Source: Botryllus schlosseri | Lineage: Eukaryota | Direction of reading: 5' to 3' | Assembly: GCA_051294905.1 (NCBI GenBank) | Contig: CM119371.1 | Span: forward strand, 25,112,001 to 25,176,000 | DNA: 64,000 bases | Program-made: the position numbers and the translations under genes | The notes under the pieces: model-generated | The model's database searches: none | What the model saw: only the letters and a program-made list of their open reading frames with translations | Told to the model about the DNA's origin: nothing | Part shown: piece by piece, positions 62,944 through 64,000 of the stretch | How the letters are laid out: each line of letters opens with the position of its first letter | Numbering within the stretch: position 1 is the stretch's first letter

Positions 62944-63954
62944 CTTTAGGTGACAATTATTGTTAGTGATGCGCGTCAGTTTGTGCATTAAGTACCAACA
63001 TTAATACTCTCGGACCCGATCTATATAATTGAATATTCACGAGATATAAAATCTTCTATTCGTGCTTACATAGGAGATATATCCCGAGCGGACATTCAAA
63101 TAGTTTAGTATTTCAACCAATATTCGTTTGCAATTGGGCAATATGCAGCGCTATTTGAAATCAGGCATATTAAATCGAATCAGGTACTACGAATAACTGA
63201 TTGAATGTTTCAAACCGAATCAACAGGACAAGTACGCTGCAATTACGTTGCATATTCTCATTGGCCATATGGGTTTCAATAGACATTAACCATGATGACT
63301 GACGTGTACCAGAGGTAGGCTACTCAACTGGCTTTATTTCATATTATATCATACAGTTCCTTAACAGCTTTTTAGTCAAAAATACTTGCTGTCACGCAAT
63401 ATATTTTGTAAAGCAGGAATTTATGATATTATGTCAGCACTTCTAAAATCTTACCTCTATGCAGCATCATTAGTTTGGCCTTAGTTGTGAAGATGCACGC
63501 TGTACCTTTACTACTAGTGCATTAATTCCTCTCTTCCACCCATATCAGAAATTCCGACCACGTCTATTCGTGATAACTGTACTGTTCTGCCTATCTCGCT
63601 TCCGGGTTCCATCTCGATGCGTTTCATTAGTTACAGAGTTCGGAGTCTTAGTGGTAACACTATTAAAATTTATCAGCTACACTCCAGATACTATTTAACA
63701 CCAGACAACATCCAACATAGAACAAGTTTATTTTAACATCAAATGTCCGAATATTAATAAATCTTACGTAATATTGCATAAAACACGAAGAAAAAATATT
63801 TTGAATACAATGATATTCCCCGCAACGCCGTATTTGACAAAGAAGGTGGTTTTTGGAGATATTCGGTAGAATATAAATATCATTGAGCCAACTTTCATTC
63901 TCTTGTCGAAATGCGATATGTAGTCATAGACACAGTTGAAGTAACACTTTATAT

Positions 63955-64000
63955 CAGTGGTTCTTAACCTTGTCCCACGCGCCCCCCTGGGGGCGATTTG
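63955..64000. mobile_element. Left end of another cagtggttc-type MITE, cut by the window edge
   Basis: cagtggttcttaacc TIR-like start. Confidence 0.55.

Overview
AT-rich eukaryotic (animal) genomic DNA with short GT-AG introns. An invertebrate chordate such as an ascidian is my best guess (inference from intron sizes and gene families). From left to right: (1) a near-perfect giant inverted repeat (arms 1-2510 and 5072-7584, 2.56 kb spacer) laid over older tandem duplications. (2) A compact death-domain-only ORF (8408-8689) with duplicated CRE-like upstream motifs, followed by a tyrosine-motif-rich, internally duplicated segment. (3) A dense field of nested hAT-type MITEs, foldback elements built from transposase 3' ends, and tRNA-derived SINEs. 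(4) A ~30 kb multi-exon + strand gene for an LDLa-repeat rhodopsin-class GPCR with a relaxin-receptor-like 7TM and no LRRs found; one intron holds a decayed hAT-like transposase. (5) A six-exon fibrinogen-related (FReD) gene on the - strand with two nonsense codons and a frameshift. Most entries in the ORF track are spurious. Exon models were built by eye from splice sites and reading frames.
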